Shown piece by piece: positions 11,572-26,552 of a stretch of 64,000 nt of DNA. The translations under genes were made by a program, and so were the position numbers. Location: assembly GCF_009914755.1 (NCBI RefSeq), contig NC_060935.1. One strand, written 5' to 3'. Position 1 is the first letter of the stretch, and every line of letters starts with the position of its first letter. Source of the DNA: the human T2T-CHM13v2.0 reference genome, Homo sapiens. A model generated the notes under the pieces. It was not told where the DNA came from, did not search any database, and saw only the letters and a program-made list of their open reading frames with translations.

Positions 11572-14500
11572 TTTTCAACAGCAAAAACTGTAGCGGAAAG
11601 AAGTCAAGAGCGGCTGCTGTGCTGCTGGGGCCAGGAAAACGCATGGGCATGAAGGGGTTTCCTGGGTGGATGGTAATGTTCTAAGATATCTTGATAAATA
11701 TTTAGTTTACACACATATATTCAGTTGTCAAAACTTCGTGAATATACATCTAAAATTTGTGTATTTAATTTTATGTAAATTTTACAGCTACAAATTTGTA
11801 AACAGATGCTGAACTAGTTAATAATTTAAATGCTAAATGAATATATTTATGCCTGTAATTTATGTTAGTGAGGAGTGTAGTGATGTCTGCAGTCCACTGT
11901 GAAGTTAATCAATAAAATAGGATAGGTTGATAGATACATTCGTATGTACAGAGTTTAATAGTTGGATCTGTGATAAAACAAGTGTAGGAAAATATTGATA
12001 GTAATTTTGGGTGGCATATATGCAGGTGTTTATGTGTAAAAAGTATTTCAACTTTGATATATGTTTAAATATTTTAATAATAAATGAAAAAAGCTCATTT
12101 AAAATAGCAACAGAAAATATGTAACCACTTTAGAAATAAATCTAAAATGATTTTGTGCAAAGAAAAATTTTTATTTGGAATACACTAAACTTCGTTAAAA
12201 GACATAGCACAAAATATAAGCAAGTAGATTGTATCAGGAAGATGGTGATTCTCCTGAATTATCCATAATTTTAATAATTTTAATAAGAATTTAAAAATCT
12301 AGAAGTTTTTCTATAAAATATAATAAGCTGAGACTAAAATACAAGTGGAAAATAAATCACTTATAATAATAATTTTAGCATAGCATGTATTAAGTCCTCA
12401 CTGTATTCCAAGCCTTCTCTGAGAAATTATATTTAGATAGATGATATATAGGTAGATAGACAAAATAAAATGCACATGACAACCCTATGAGTAAGATATT
12501 GTTATTTCTGCTAATTTTACACCCTTAAGCATGCATTGGTAAGCGGCAATTTCTCATCTAGGGAAATTCACACATCTCAGAAAATATAAGTAATAATAGT
12601 TAATGTAGTATTATTTATGATACTCATTAAATGAAAACAATTTATAAATTTTATATTATAGTAGATAAATAAAACATAATTGTGATTTAGTTATACAGTG
12701 GAATACTTTGAGTCATTATAAAAGGAATAAAATTAAAATAGAGGTACCAAACTAGATAATTCTCGAAAACATAATGCGAACTTGAAAATGAAAGCATATG
12801 GCAAAAGGACAAGCATAGTATGATGCTATTAATGCACATTATTTTTTGAAACACACAAAACAATATTATAGTTTTCAAAGTAGGCTACCCATGTTCAAAT
12901 ATCAGCATCATCACTTAATAGCAAGGTGAAAACGTCAGCAAAAATACAGAATAGGCATTTCAAGCATGCATCCCCTCATAGAAACATCGCTTTGGACAAC
13001 CATCCACAAAAATATCGTCACCAAAGCTAGGGAATGTAGATGAGATTACAGCACCTGAATGAAGCACAAAAATCAGAAAAGATGTATTGAACAGAGTCGG
13101 AAGGACAGCTTTATATTACCTGTATTTCCCCTCCCCCAGGCCCATATAGCATGGCATGAAGTGGTAACTAACACATGGGGAAGGAGAGTGAAGTGAGCAT
13201 CATGGTGGATCCCAGCACTCCCACACCAGTGAACCCCAGACGTAGGCCAACCTGAATGGTCCCAGGGTCCAGGTTGGACTATGTAGACCTAGTTTCCTGG
13301 CTTGCCTTAGCACTAAGGCAGTCTCCATGGATCCAGGCTCCAGGGCTGCTCCAGAACCAGGCTGGCTCCCATACCACCATCCTCTGAATCCACCCTTGCA
13401 GACCCAGATGTCCACCCCAATCCCCAGCTTGCCCCCACTTCTCCAGCCACAAGGCCAATTCCAATGTACTCGGGCTTTAGGCCAGCCCCTGTGGACTCAG
13501 GTTCAAAGCCTATCCCCATACATTCAGGTTCCAGGCCCACCTCCATGCATTCAAGTTCCAGGCCAGCCCACTAAAGAACTCCAGTAACATGCTCTCCCAT
13601 TTACTGTGCAAACTGGTTTACCCAGAATTTGTTGATATGTTGACAATTGAATGCCTTTTCCTGCTGAAAGTGGTTTATAAAAACAAGAAAAAGTGGTTAC
13701 TTCCTCAAATGTGCAGACACCAACACAAGGCTACAAGGATCACAAACATGACACAACCAAAAAACGCAAAATGAAGCACGATAACTAACCCTAAATAGTG
13801 GGAAATCTACAAACCACCTGACAAAGAATTCAAAATAATTGTCTTGAAGAAACTCAGTATGCTACAAGAAAACACAGATAGAACACTAAATAAAATGAGG
13901 AAATGAATACATGAACAAAATGAGAAGTTTAACAATGAGACATAAACAATAATAAAGAACTAAACAGGAATTCTAAAGTTGAGGAAAAAGATAACTGAAC
14001 TGAAAAATTCGATTTAGAACTTAAAGAGCAGACTTGCTCAAGCAGACGAAAGAATCAGAAAGCTTAAAGACAGTTTATTTGAAATTATCCAATCAAAATA
14101 ACAAGAGAAAAAAATAATAAAGTAGAGTGTAAAAAACCTGTGGGAATGATGGGAAACCATCAAGCAAACCAACTTATGTGAATTCCAGAAAAAGTGAAAA
14201 GGCCAGATAGCTTCTTTATAAAAACAATAATAGTTGAAAAATTCTAAAATCTGGAGACGGACAAAACATCCAGATCAAATATATGCAAAGAATCCCAAAT
14301 AGACTAAAAATAAAGAGATACTCAAGACATATTATAATCAAATTCTCTAAAGTCTCAGGCAAAATAATAATTTTTAAATCAAAAAGAGAAAAAGCAATTC
14401 GTCATTCAAGGGAACTTCCATGAAAGTATAAGCATATTTCTCAGCAAAAACTTCGCAGTTTTGGAGAGAGAGATATGATATATTCAAAGCGAAGTGCTGA

Positions 14501-15257
14501 AAGAAAAAAAAAATACTGCCAACCAAGATTACTATATGCATCAAACTTGTCCTTCAGAAATAAAGTAGAGCATGCACTTTTCCAGACAAACCCAAGCTGT
14601 AGGAGTTTATTATCACTAGACCTATCTTATAAGAAATGCTAATGAGAGTTCTTCAACTTGAAATAAAAGGACAATAATTAACAATATGAAAACATGAGAG
14701 TAAAAACTAACTGTAAAGATAAAAGTATAGTCAAAGTCAGAACACTCTAATACTATAATGGTGGTGTTTAAGCCAATTTTAACTCTAGTATAAGAGTCAG
14801 AAGACAAAATTATTAAAAATAACTATAGCTAAAATAATTTGTTAAGGAGTACATAATATAAAAATATGTAAATGTTGTAGTATGCAAATATGTAAAAATA
14901 TGTAAATGATATCAATAACAAAATATGCGGAGGAAAAAAGTAATAGTGTAGAGTTTTGTATGTGGCTAAAATAAAGCTATTATCAGCTTAAAATTGACTG
15001 ATATCAAATGGTTTATGTAAGTCCCATGATAACCCATAAACAAAAAAACCTGTAATTGATACATGCAAGAGAAAGGGATTGTTAATCAAAGTCTACCACT
15101 ACAGAAAATCGTCAAATCACAAATGAAAACAAGAGAACAAAAAGGAAAAAAAAACCTAGAAAACATTGAACGATTAACCAAATGGCAATAATAGAGACTT
15201 ATTTATCAATAATTACTTTAAAGGGATAAAAATTCTTCTATCAAAAGACAAAGCATT

Positions 15258-15659
15258 TGTATTAGGCTGTTGCTGCACTCTATAAGGAAATATCTGAGAT
15301 TGGGTATTTATTATGACTTTATACAAAAACTTTAATTGGCTTATGGTTCTGCAGGCTGTACAGGAAGCATAGCAGCATCTGCTTCTCGGGAGACTTCAAG
15401 AAGGCAATGGAGGAGGAGGCACATCACATGGCAAGAATGAGAGCAAGAGAGTGTCGTAGGGGAGGTACCACACTTTTAAATGACCAAACTTTGTGTGAAT
15501 TAAGAGTGAGAGCTTACTTATCACCAAAAGGATGTCCCAAGTCATTCATAAGGGATCCACCCCTATAACACAGTCACCTCCCACCAGGGCTCACCTCCAA
15601 CACTGGGGATTACATTTCAACATGAGATTCTGGCAGGGATAAATATCTAAACTATATCA
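15258..15659 (-). mobile_element. MaLR solo LTR (MSTA/MSTB-like)
   Basis: tgtattaggc...ggttctgcaggctgtacaggaagcatag...cacctccaacactggggattacatttcaacatgagatt...actatatca; 5-bp TSD gcatt. Confidence 0.9.
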
Positions 15660-15983
15660 GCATTGCTGAATGGATTAAAAAGAAGAAGATCCATATGCTT
15701 CCTATAAGAGATTCACTTTAATTTTTAGTATACACATAGGCTAAAAGTAAAGGGATGAGAAATACTTGTTCCATGCATATGGCAAACAAAAGGGATCAGA
15801 GGAGGTTATATTTATAACAGACAAAACAAATTTGTATTCAAAAACTGTCATAAAAGACAAAGAGGGTCATTATATAATTATAGAGGGATCAATTCATCAA
15901 GAGGATATAACAACTATAAATATATGCATGCACTCAATATTGGAGCACCTAAATATATAAAGCAAATTTTAAAAGAAATAGAA

Positions 15984-16301
<318 letters not shown>

Positions 16302-17081
16302 TCAATACATCAATAACTAAAGACTTCAAAATTTCACTTTCAACAATGACTAGATCATAAAGAAAGAAATTTATAAGAAAACAGTAAATCTGATGAACAT
16401 AATAGAACAAAAGTATCATAACAGACATATACACAGCATTATGTACAATAGCAGCAGAATACACATTCTAAGTGCTGAATGATCATTCTCCAGAATAGAT
16501 AAGCCACAAAATAATTCTTAACAAAATTTAAAAGACTGTATTTCTATCAAGTATCTTTTTCAACTACAATAATATAAAACTAGAAATAACAGGTGGAAAA
16601 TTGGGAAATTCACATGTATGTAAAATTTAAAAAACACGCCTCTGAAGAATCAATGGGTCAAAGAAAAAATGAAATAAAAAATATCTTGATATAAAGAAAA
16701 ATGAAAACACATAATATCCAAAACTTATAGGATGCAACAAAAACAGTTCTGACAGGGAAGTTTATAGCAATAAGCATATTCTTAAGAAAAAAGAAAGCTC
16801 TCTAATAACTTAACTTTACACATTAAGGAAGAAGAAAAAGACAAAAGAAACTAAGCCCATATTTGGTAGAAGGAAGGAAATGATAAAGATTAGAGCAGAA
16901 ATAAGTGACAAAGGGACTACAAAAAAATAGAAAGTCAATTTAAATAAGAGTTTATGAAAAGATAAACAAAATTGCTAAATTTTTAGGGAGACCAAGAAAA
17001 AAAGAGAAAACAGACAAATATAAATGAATAATTAGACATTAAAACTGATACAATAAAACATAAATAATCAAAAATTTATCA

Positions 17082-17438
<357 letters not shown>

Positions 17439-19339
17439 ACAATTTTACATCACCAAGTTAAATAACTTAGAATAAAATGAATAAATTCCTAAAAACAAGT
17501 AAACTACCAAGATTGAGTCATGCAGAAATTGAAAATCTGAACAGATCATTAATGAGTAAGGAAGTTGACTCAGTAATCAAAAACCTACCAACAAAAGGAA
17601 ACCCAGGACCTGATAGCTTCACTGCTGAATTCTACCAAACATTTAAAAAAGAATGAAGGGCAATCCTCAAACACTTTCAAAAATTGAAAGGGCAGGAACA
17701 CATCCAAACTCATTTTCTGAGGCCAGAATTACCTTAATACCAAGCCAGATAAGTACACTACAAGAAAAGAAAATTACAGACTAATACCCTGACAAACACA
17801 GATGTAAAAATCTTCAGCAAAATAATAGCAAATTAAATTGAACAGCCTGTTAAAAGGATCATTTGCCACAATTGAGTAGTGTATATCCCTGGGATACAGG
17901 GATGTTTCAATACATACAAATCAATTAGTATGATTAGACCATATTAACAATGAAAAAATAAAAATCTTATGATTATGTCAGTAGACGTAGAAAAAGTATT
18001 TGAAAAAATTCCACACTCTTTTTTTTTAAGTCTTAACCAATTAGGTATAGGGAGAATATATCTCAACATAATAAAGGACATATACGACAAGCTTACAGCA
18101 TACTCGACAATGGATTGGAAACAAGACAAGTATGCTCATTCTTACCACTTCTGTTCAGCATAGCGTTGGAAGTCCTAGCCAGAGAAACAGGCAAGCAAAA
18201 ATAATAAAAGTATTCAAATCAGAAACCAAGAAGTAAAATTGTCTCTGTTTGTAAATGACATGATCTTACATATAGAAAACTCTAAAGAATCAAAAACTGT
18301 TAGAGCTAATAAACAAATTCAGTAAAGTTGCAGGATACAAAATCAGCATACAAAAATAAGTCATGTTTCCGTATGTCAACAATGAGCTCTCAAGAAAAAA
18401 ATTAAGAAAATAATTACGTTTTGAAAAAGCATTGAAATATTCTTAGGAATAAATTTACCAAGGTGGTAAAAGAAGTATACTCTGAAATCTACAAAGCATT
18501 AATGAAATAAATTAAATAAAATACAAATAAATGGAAAGCTATCTGTGTTCATGGATTAGGAGAATCAATATTGCTAAAATATCATTACTGTCAAAAGCAA
18601 TCTACAGGTTCAATACAATCTGTACTAAAATTACAATAACATTTTTCACAAAAAAAATCCTAAAATTTGAATGGAACCACAAAAATGCCCAAATAGCCAA
18701 AGAAATATTGAATAAAAAAGAACAAAGCTAGAGGCATCACACTATTTGATTTCAAATTATACCACAGAGATATTATAAACAAAATATTATGGCACTGGCA
18801 TAACAACAGCCATGTCAACCAATGGGACAGAATACAGAGCCCAGAAATAAATCCTCATACATTTGCAGTTGATTGATTTTCAACAAAGGTGCCAAGAACA
18901 AACAATAGGCAAATGATATTTTTTTTAACAAATTGTATTGAAAAAATTGAATATCCACACACAGAAGAATAAACTTGGATCCTTAGCTCATACCACATAG
19001 AAAAATCAACTCAAAATAATTTAAAGACTTAAACATAAGACCTGAAACTGTAAAGCTACTAGAAGAAAGCAGGGGAAAGTTTTTGACATCAGTCTGGACA
19101 ATGATTTTTTTAATATAATCTCAAAAGCACAGTCAACAGAGTAAAAATGACAAATGAGATTGCATCAAATTGAAAAGCTTCTGCACAGTAAAAGAAACAA
19201 TCAACAGAGTAAAGAGAGAACATACAAAATGGGAGAAAAATTTGCAAACCACATATATGATAAGGGATTGATATCCAAGATATATAAGGACCTCAAAAAC
19301 TAAATAGTAAGAAAATAAATAACCCTATTACATATGAGG

Positions 19340-19422
19340 TGTATTAGGATTCTCTAGAGGGACAGAACTAATAAGATATAGATTGATAGATAGAGAGAGA
19401 GATAGATTAGATAGATATAGAT

Positions 19423-19466
<44 letters not shown>

Positions 19467-19866
19467 TAGATAGATAGATGATAGATGTATAGGAGTTTAT
19501 GAAGTATTAACTTACACGATCACAAGGTCCCACAATCGGCTGTCTGCAAGGTTGAGGAGCAAGGAGAGCCAGTTCAAGTCTGAAAACTGGAGAAATTGTA
19601 GTCCGATGTTCGAGGGCAGGAAGCATCCAGCACAGGAGAAAGGTGTAGGCTGGGAGGCTAGGCCAGTCTAGCCTTTTCACGTTTTTCTGCCTGCTTCATA
19701 TTTGCTGGCAGCTGATTAGATTGTGCTCACCAGATTAAGGGTGGGTCTGTCTTCCCCAGCCCACTGACTCAAATGTTAATGTGTTTTGCAACACCCTCAC
19801 AGACACACCCAGGATTGATACTTCGCATCCTTCAATCCAATCAAGTTGACAGTATTAACCATCACA
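19340..19866 (-). mobile_element. MLT2A1/MLT2A2 (HERV-L) solo LTR
   Basis: tgtattaggattctctagagggacagaactaata...atccttcaatccaatcaagttgacagtattaaccatcaca; TSD tgagg/taagg. Confidence 0.9.
19375..19487. repeat. Compound (GATA)n STR; pure (GATA)11 at 19423-19466
   Basis: Direct count. Confidence 0.9.
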
Positions 19867-20148
19867 TAAGGCAAAGGACCTAGATAAACATTTCTCCAAA
19901 GAAGTCATACAAATGTCCAACATGTATACAAAGAAATGCTCAACATCACTAATTATCAGGGAAGTGCAAATCAAAACCACAATGAGACATTATCTCACAC
20001 CTGTTAATAGCTTTAATTTAAAAAGAGAGAAATAAGTTTGGGGAGTATGCAGAGAAAGGGAAACCCTGATGCACTGTTGGGAAAAAGATAAATTGATATA
20101 GCTATTATAAAAAATAGTATATTTTTTTTCAAAAAAATAAAAATAGAA

Positions 20149-20439
20149 TGTCTCCTGTAATCCCAGCAACTTGGGGGCCAGGGCAGGTGGATTGCTTGAG
20201 CTCAGGAGTTCAAAACCAGCCTGGGCAACATGGCGAAATCTTTTCTCTAAAAAAAATACGAACAAAATTAGTTGGGCATGATGGTGTGTGCCTATAGTCC
20301 CAGCTACTAGGGAGGCTGAGGTGGGAAGATTGCTTTAGCCTGGGAGGCTGAGGCTCAGTAAGCCGTGGTCATGTCACTGCACTCCAGCCTGGGTGACAGA
20401 GAAAGACCTTGTCTCAAAAAATAAATACAAAACGAAAAT
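20149..20439 (+). mobile_element. AluJ-like, 5'-truncated
   Basis: ggattgcttgagctcagg, cctgggcaacatgg; TSD ataaaaatagaa. Confidence 0.9.
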
Positions 20440-20630
20440 ATAAAAATAGAACTACCACATGATCCAACAATCCCACTTCTGGGTATATATCCAAGGGAAA
20501 TAAAATCAGAATCTCAGAGAGATATCTGTATTCCAATGACACTGCAGCATTATTCAAGATATAATATAGAACCAAGCTGAGTGTCCACTGACAGATGAAT
20601 GGATAAAGAAAATGTGATACATATATATGA

Positions 20631-21522
20631 GATATATATACATAAAGGAATATATATAAAATGTTATATATGTAATATATATAGAAAATATTATATATAA
20701 TGGAATATATATATATCACATATATATCACATTTTCTTTATCTATTCATTATATTAATATATATATAATGGAATTTATTTCAGCCTTAAAAAATAAGAAC
20801 ATTTTGACGTTTTTAAAAACATGGGTGCACTTTGAAGAACATTACGCTAAGTGAACTAGTCAGGTACAGATAGACAAATACTGCATGATATATATACATA
20901 AAGAAATATATATAAAATGTTATATATATGTAATATATATAGAAAACCTTATATATAATGGAATATATATCACATATATGTGATATATATAATAATATGT
21001 GATATATAATGGAAAATATATATCACATACATATCACATTTTCTTTATCCATTCATTATGTTAATATATATGATGGAATTTATTTCGGCCTTAAAAAATA
21101 AGAACATTTTGTCATTTTTAAAAACATGGGTGCACTTTGAAGAACATTATGCTAAATGAACTAGTTAGGTACAGATAGACAAATATTGCATGATATATAT
21201 ATATAAAGAAATATATATAAAAAGTTATATATGTAATATATATAGTAAATGTTATATATAATGGAATATATATCACATATATAATGGAATATATATATCA
21301 CATTTATGTGATATCTATAATAATATGTGATATATAATGGAAAATATATATCACATACATATCACATTTTCTTTATCCATTCATTGTGTTTATATATATG
21401 ATGGAATTTATTTCGGCCTTAAAAACTAAGAACATTTTGTCATTTTTAAAAACATGGGTGCACTTTGAAGAACATTACGCTAAGTGAACTTGTCAGGCAC
21501 AGACAGACAAATACTGCATGAT
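20631..21522 (+). repeat. Tandem triplication (about 260-330 bp units) in the L1 3' UTR
   Basis: Block atggaattta...agaacattttg...aaaacatgggtgcactttgaagaacatta...gacaaata(c/t)tgcatgat occurs three times, with TA-rich spacers. Confidence 0.95.
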
Positions 21523-22563
21523 CTCACTTATGTGTGTGTGTGTTGAACTCATAGAAACATGGAGTAGAATGGTGGTTGTCAGAGAGTGGGTGCTGGGGAA
21601 AATGGGAAGATGTTGCTCAAAGGTACAAAGTTTCAGTTATGCACAATGAACAAGTTCTGTAATATAATGCACACCCTGGTAGCTGTAGTTAACACTGCAT
21701 TGTATTCTTGAAATTTTCTGAGAGTAGATTTTAAATGTTCTCAACACACACCAAAAAAGTGGTAAACATGTGAGGAGAAGGATATGTTAATTAGCTTGAC
21801 TGAAGTAATTATTCCACAATGTATATGTGTATCAAAACATTATATTGTATACCTTAAATATGTGCAATTTGTATTTGCCAATTATACCTCAATAAAGCTA
21901 AAAAATAACTGGGTGCCTTTGCTCAATTTACTTTACCTTTACATGCATGCGTCTGTATGGGGAACAATTAAAGATCCTTATATGCCAGGGAAAGCCTCAC
22001 TGTTCTCCTGTTTTCCCAGTAACTTGTTCTTTGCTGATGTTTTTCCTCTCAAAAGGGCTCTGATTTAGTTGATTCACACACAATTTTGCCCACCTAACAA
22101 AGCGAGATTGATTTATGTGGAATGGATCTCGGAAAAAAATACAGGCTTTCTAATGCTTTTCTCTGGCTTGACTGGTGTAGCCACCCTGCCCTGCTGTAAG
22201 CAGAACTGATTGAAAATTGCAGCCTTCCTCTTTTGCAAGGTTATCACTCGGAAGCTGAATGATGGAGTGTAGAGGAGAATACATGCTCCTGGCCGACTGG
22301 TTAAATGAGTAGTGTGTGTCACTTCACTTCGGAAAATCAGTTCAGCAACTTCTCAGACGGGAGTGGGGCCTTGATCCACATCCCCACTCTTACAATGGCC
22401 ACTAGAGCACTAGGAAATGGGACCAATGGGGCTACATGGGGCCATGTGAAAAATCGAACTTAGAATCATCAAACAGAATTTATTTCCCTTTCCATGTATT
22501 CTTTTCAGGTTGGATGTTTAGACTTAATATTAAATTGAACATTCAAAGCAGAAATTATGTACA

Positions 22564-22860
22564 TTTTTTTTTTGAAAGGGAGTCTCACTCTGTCGCCCAG
22601 GCTGGAATGCAGTGGTGTGATCTTGGCTCACTGCAAGCTCTGCCTACCGGGTTCAAGCGATTCTCTTGCCTCAGCTCCCGAGTAGAGAAGCTGGGACTAC
22701 AGGCACACGCCACCATGCCCGGCTAATGTTTTTTGTATTTTCAGTAGAGACAGGGGTTCCCTGTGTTAGCCCGGATGGCCTCGATCTCCTCACCTCATGA
22801 TCTGCCCACCTCGGCCACCCAAAGTGCTGGGATTACAGGCGTGAGCCACCCTGCCCGGCC
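22564..22860 (-). mobile_element. Alu (AluSc/Y-like)
   Basis: Full antisense dimer with gcaagctc and tgttagcc diagnostics. Confidence 0.95.
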
Positions 22861-22929
22861 ACTATGTCACTTTTAAAAAGCACATTATGGCATAATGGCA
22901 AGGTCATCACTTTAAGTTAAAAAAAAAAA

Positions 22930-23120
22930 ACCCTAGGTTCTAATTTTTAATTAATTATTTTATTACTTTAATTTGGGGAAGTTACTTAATTCCTCCGAAT
23001 TTTAATTTCTTTATCTGATACTGAAGCTAATAATGCCATCATTAGGGGTGTGCTTTGGAAAGATATCTGTCTCAATCACTTGACACCTACTAGTTGTTCT
23101 ATATGTGGCAATTCATTTAA
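22930..23120 (+). mobile_element. MIR SINE
   Basis: ggaagttacttaattcctccgaattttaatttctttatctg. Confidence 0.55.
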
Positions 23121-23190
23121 CTATATTTCCCATAATTGTCTAACTATGAACCTTTGCTCTTGGTATTCCGTAGATCATGATCCCTCCTAA

Positions 23191-23568
23191 TGTATTAGTT
23201 TGCTAGGGCTGCCATAGCAAGACCTCAGACCATGTGGCATGTGGCTTAAACAATAGAAAGTTATTTTCTTACAGTTCTACAGCCTAGAATCCAGAATCAA
23301 GGTGTTGGCAGAGTTTGTTTTTCTGAGGTCTCTCTCCTTGTCCTGCGGATGCCTGCCTCTTGTAGGGTCCTCATATGGCCATTTCTCTGTGTACACACAT
23401 CCTTGGTGTCCCTTCATCTTCTTGTAAGGACACCCATCATAATGAATTAAGGTCCCACTCATGACTTCATGTCACCTTAAGTCATTTTTTAAAGTACCTA
23501 TTCCAAATACGGTCAAAGTGGGGGTTAGGGCTTCAACATATGATTTTGGGGGAATTCAGTCCATAACC
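23191..23568 (-). mobile_element. MLT1A/B MaLR solo LTR
   Basis: tgtattagtttgctagggctgccatagcaa...ggcttaaacaatagaaa...gggttagggcttcaacatatga...attcagtccataac. Confidence 0.85.
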
Positions 23569-23606
23569 CATGTTGGTCAAACTGCTCATATCAATAAAGA
23601 TGGCTC

Positions 23607-23891
23607 GGCCAGGCGCGGTGGCTCACGCCTGTAATCCCAGCACTTTGGGAGGTCGAGGTGCATGGATCACAAGGTCAGGAGTTCAAGACCAGCCTGGCCA
23701 AGATGGTGAAACCCCGTCTGTACTAAAAATACAAAAATTAGCAGGGTGCAGTGGCAGGCACCTGTAATCCCGGCTACTTGGGAGGCTGAGACAGGAGAAT
23801 CGCTTGAACTCGGTGGTGGGGAGGTTGCAGTGAGCCAAGATCACGCCACTGTACTCCAGCCTGGGCGACAGGGTGAGACTGTCTCAAAAAA
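23607..23891 (+). mobile_element. AluSg-like
   Basis: ggatcacaaggtcagg, ggccaagatgg; TSD aa(a/g)gatggctc. Confidence 0.95.
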
Positions 23892-24719
23892 AAGGATGGC
23901 TCAACTTTCACTTTTAGAGATTCTTCCACATGTTCCTGAATAACATCTGACCTTGAGACAGAGCTTATTTCTAGTTCTAGTTTATTATTAATGCCCTGTT
24001 TCCAAGGCTCTTTTGGTTAATATGGCCTTAGTCTGTATACTCTTAAAAAAATTTAGGTGATTGATTGAAACCAGTGGATTAAAAACTGTTCCCCATGTCC
24101 AAGGCAATGAAATACCATTTGGATGCTATTAGTGACACTGTCTTCTTTAACAAATGTACAGGTTATTTTTACTTTCTCAGGGAATTTTTGATGAACATGA
24201 AATATTCATAGAGGACAGACAATATTTAAATGACATCGTTAAATAATTAAAAATGTGAAGATCTCCACTGGGGATTACCACATTAAGGCTGAGAATACAT
24301 TGTCATTACCACACTCAATTTCTGAGATTTTGGAATAAAAGGAACTTCTGAATAATTTCTCTATGCTATTATTAAGGGAATGGAAATTTACCTTTAGAGA
24401 TACTTAAACTTTGCATTTAATTTTCAGCAAAATTATAATTAAAATATTCTTGAATAAATTTAGAAACTTAAAAATCAAGTGCACTATGTAACCAATAAGG
24501 AATACACCAAAGGTTAGCACTTCCAAATATTAGTATGTCTAAAGCTACAAAAAAAGCCTTTGCGTATCCAAAGGACTGAGTTTAATCTCAGCCATGATAC
24601 TTGCTGTCAGACACATATTCTATTTGTTTCTTTTTTTAACTAATGCAGAACTGGTTTATGGCTATGTCTGCTTGTGCATAGCAAGGTAACAGAAAGGAAG
24701 ATGGCAAGAAAATATTTTT

Positions 24720-24870
24720 GAGAACTTGTTTATCTAAGTAGTCTCAATAAGTGTATGAAGTAGACATAACTTTATTTTACTGTTTAAGAAACTGAAGTTA
24801 GAAATGATTAAGTGAATTTCCTATGGTCACACAAATAGTCAATGGCAAAGACAGTTATTTAAACCCAAAC
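24720..24870 (-). mobile_element. MIR SINE
   Basis: attttactgtttaagaaactgaagttagaaatgattaagtgaatttcctatggtcacaca. Confidence 0.65.
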
Positions 24871-25152
24871 CTAATCATAAGTTTTATTACCTTTTCTGAA
24901 AATAATGATATCATATCATGATTTCTTCTGAGGTTGCTGTAAAGTTGGTTAAAACAATGGAAGTTAAGGTACTCTGAAAATTATATAGACATTCACAAAT
25001 GAGTTTTGTATTACTATTTATTATTTCCAAAATATTGCAGGTATTTTTCTAACCATTTATTGACTACAAGCATCAAACTTACAATACATTTTAAGTATAA
25101 GTTAATCATTAAGTATAAATTTCCATTGTTTTGCAAGCTATCATCAATGTCA

Positions 25153-25500
<348 letters not shown>

Positions 25501-26552
25501 TTAATATAAGTGAAATGAATGGTGTTTATTAATAGTTTGATGCGTACTCAGCAATATGCTTAAGGCTGTGAAGGATCGCAAAAGCTACTTAAACAATATA
25601 TAATATGCACTTTCTCCCTTTTAAACTTAAACTATAAATAAAACATTCTGAAATATAATTGTTATAATATAAAAGGAACAGCAACAACATTTATCATGTG
25701 GCAGGAAATACTCTAAGCACAGCCTGTCTGACCTTACACATATATACACAACCATAAAGTCATAGGAAAAAACTTTCCTGACTGCTTCAATTTCCTACCA
25801 ACCACTTTTCCTTTCAAAATTGTATCATTGTGTTCCACATCAACAAATCCAGCAGCTTTGCTCCTCATTGCTCTCTGAAATATTAATTACTGAGAACTTC
25901 ATTTTTGAAATTTCGACCTCTTTTGAATGTCATGACATAACATCATCTGAGCTTTCTCCCATCTCTTTGATACTGTCTGTTCCCATTTTATCCCCTTTCT
26001 TTTTCATTTAACCTAGTGTGTAGACATACACCAAGAATCTGTTTTAACATAATCCAGCCACTTCTATGATTTCAGTTAGTATCTCCTCAGGTAAAGTGAA
26101 GAGTTTTAAAGGCAAATGAAGACAATATAGTGATATACTCTTTTATCAAATATTTATTGCACATTTACTATTTGATAGTTCCTGTTTTATATGATGGTAA
26201 CACAACAACAAAAATGAGCAGAAATGCATGCACTCATAGAATCTTATTTCTTAGTGATGAAAGGGAAAATGAGCTTCTTCTCTGAAAAGATAATTTTTCT
26301 AGTAAAAAGAAAAACAAAAAAGAAGGGTAATAAAAATCTTATGGCAGAGGAAAACAGGTATTAAAATTGTGCATTTAAAAATTTCAAAAATGATCATTTC
26401 AGCTTACATTTTTCAATGCCATGCTCATAAAAAGCAAAAAAAATGGATTTTAAAGTATTAAGACACAAGTAAAAGAAAATTCAATGAAACAGTGACTTAA
26501 TCCAGTCTAGTAGGACTTTTTTTATTTCTTACATAAAAAAACACATAAATAC

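Larger units (their letters stand above)
7600..12090 (+). mobile_element. Old L1 (L1MC/L1ME-type), ORF2 remnant plus 3' UTR, multiply interrupted
   Basis: Degenerate ORF2 motifs (acttccaaactcatt, gataaattagacttcatcaaaa, gaaatgcgattaaaaccataatg) and L1MC/ME-like 3' UTR (ggatggtaatgttcta...gtcaaaactt...tgtaaattttac). Confidence 0.8.

Noticed and set aside
13200-13587. Overlapping Pro/Gly-rich ORFs
   Set aside because: GC-richer tandem subrepeats of the L1 5' region
20631-21522. CRISPR-like repeat-spacer array
   Set aside because: Mammalian DNA; the units are L1 3' UTR plus related TA-rich spacers
22396-22414. CTCF-like tggccactagagcacta
   Set aside because: Lacks the G-rich core (AGRGGGC) of the motif
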